A model generated the notes under the pieces. It saw nothing but the letters and a program-made list of their open reading frames with translations, had not been told where the DNA came from and did no database searches. Shown one piece after another: positions 62,948-64,000 of a DNA stretch of 64,000 bases. The stretch comes from Macrostomum lignano. Taxonomy: Eukaryota. Location of the stretch: the NCBI GenBank assembly GCA_002269645.1, contig NIVC01001505.1, positions 124,001 to 188,000 on the forward strand, in the 5' to 3' direction. The position numbers and the translations under genes were made by a program. Position 1 is the first letter of the stretch. Each line of letters starts with the position of its first letter.

Positions 62948-63479
62948 CTGATACGCATCTGACCGCTCAGTGATGATTGCTGGTGTTTCATAGGCAACTT
63001 TTTAGTCGTATTGTTTGATTACAAATTTATTCCTTAATTGGTTTGCGCTTTACTCGTAAGAAGTTGAACATTTTCTAATGAATAAATCAGTAGCCGATCA
63101 AACATTTTAGACTAGAATTTTTTCTCATTTGGTTTCACTTTATCCATTTGAGCTTTGAACACTTCCAGAGACAACCACTCCGTGTCAATTAGTCCAATGT
63201 CTAAATTTGAGCATGATGAGTCGTAAAGTGTCTCTGAAACACCAGCATCGATTCCATCTGGCAACTTTGCAGGCTCGAAACTTGACTTCCCCAGTTTCAA
63301 CGGCAGAGAATTTGATTAACTTACAAACTATTACGGCAATGAAAAATTGTGGATCCGCCACATTCATTAAAGACAAGATAGATAGATAAGTGCAATGCAT
63401 ATATTTAACTTGGGTTCGTCTCGCTTATTGCATCATTTCACGCGAACAATTTTGCTATGAATACTTAAGCGACAGGTAA

Positions 63480-63762
63480 GCAATATGAGACAACACATTA
63501 GCCTACGAGCCTGAAATGTATCTCCATCGGACTGATCAAACAAGCAGGCATGCAAGGCGCTTAAACCCCGAACGGATATCTTTAAAAGAGGCTTAATCAT
63601 ATTGAAAATGATGCAAAAATGACTTTTGGCATTGCAGTCAACACAGCCGGTGGTTCGGACGACGGCTCCACGTCCGGAATCGTTGCGGAGCACCGGCTTC
63701 CAGCAGTCGAAGGTCATGCCATCATCGTTGCTCAAATAGTTGTTCTCAGCGCCGATTGGCAT
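63480..63762 (-). pseudogene. Degenerate FDCWKP-family fragment, copy D
   Basis: GMTFDCWKPVLRNDS, then a 4-nt insertion (ggac) relative to copies A and C before gtggagccgtcgtcc. No Gly/Ala region visible immediately upstream. Confidence 0.6.
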
Positions 63763-64000
63763 GCAAAGTCAATGCTTTCATAAAGTTCACAGTCACCTTC
63801 TCACTAGACTGAAATTCAGTCCTACCTGATTTTCAGTGGGTAGATGGCCCTAATTTTACCAGGTAAGTGGTAACCTTGTTGAGGGATCTGTTTTGAAACG
63901 ATTTTTTTATAGCATGCCTTTCCTACATGTACGCATTTGATTTCAATACACATCAATACAGATCAGCTGTTGTCATGCGTCACGACTTAGAACTAACATA

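Overview
Eukaryotic (animal) genomic DNA, not prokaryotic: GC-rich exons with GT-AG introns, and nearly every long intron filled by its own minisatellite. The style suggests a free-living flatworm such as Macrostomum, but that is inference only. I hand-spliced five conserved genes with consistent reading phase. On the minus strand: an SLC16/MCT-family transporter (3295-11386), NNT (14126-32095) and an aralar/citrin-type SLC25A12/13 carrier (35962-45862). On the plus strand: LIPT2 (49928-51102, no in-frame ATG of its own) and MRPL39 (51926-56935). Four of the five are mitochondrial and form two divergent co-oriented blocks around an AT-rich 4 kb spacer with no long arrays, which looks operon-like. 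Mobile DNA: a decayed RTE-type LINE, a small MITE, a 1056-bp foldback element with 295-bp TIRs and an 8-bp TSD, and a mariner interrupted by a 5.2-kb CACTA/EnSpm-type element in NNT intron 7. The right end (60.5-63.8 kb) holds four paralogs of a family I cannot name: a Gly/Ala-rich hydrophobic region, a GP(V/L)GW motif, then an FDCWKP domain. No CRISPR, rRNA or tRNA was recognised. Most ORFs in the supplied track are artefacts of tandem repeats. All coordinates were counted by hand; repeat boundaries are approximate.
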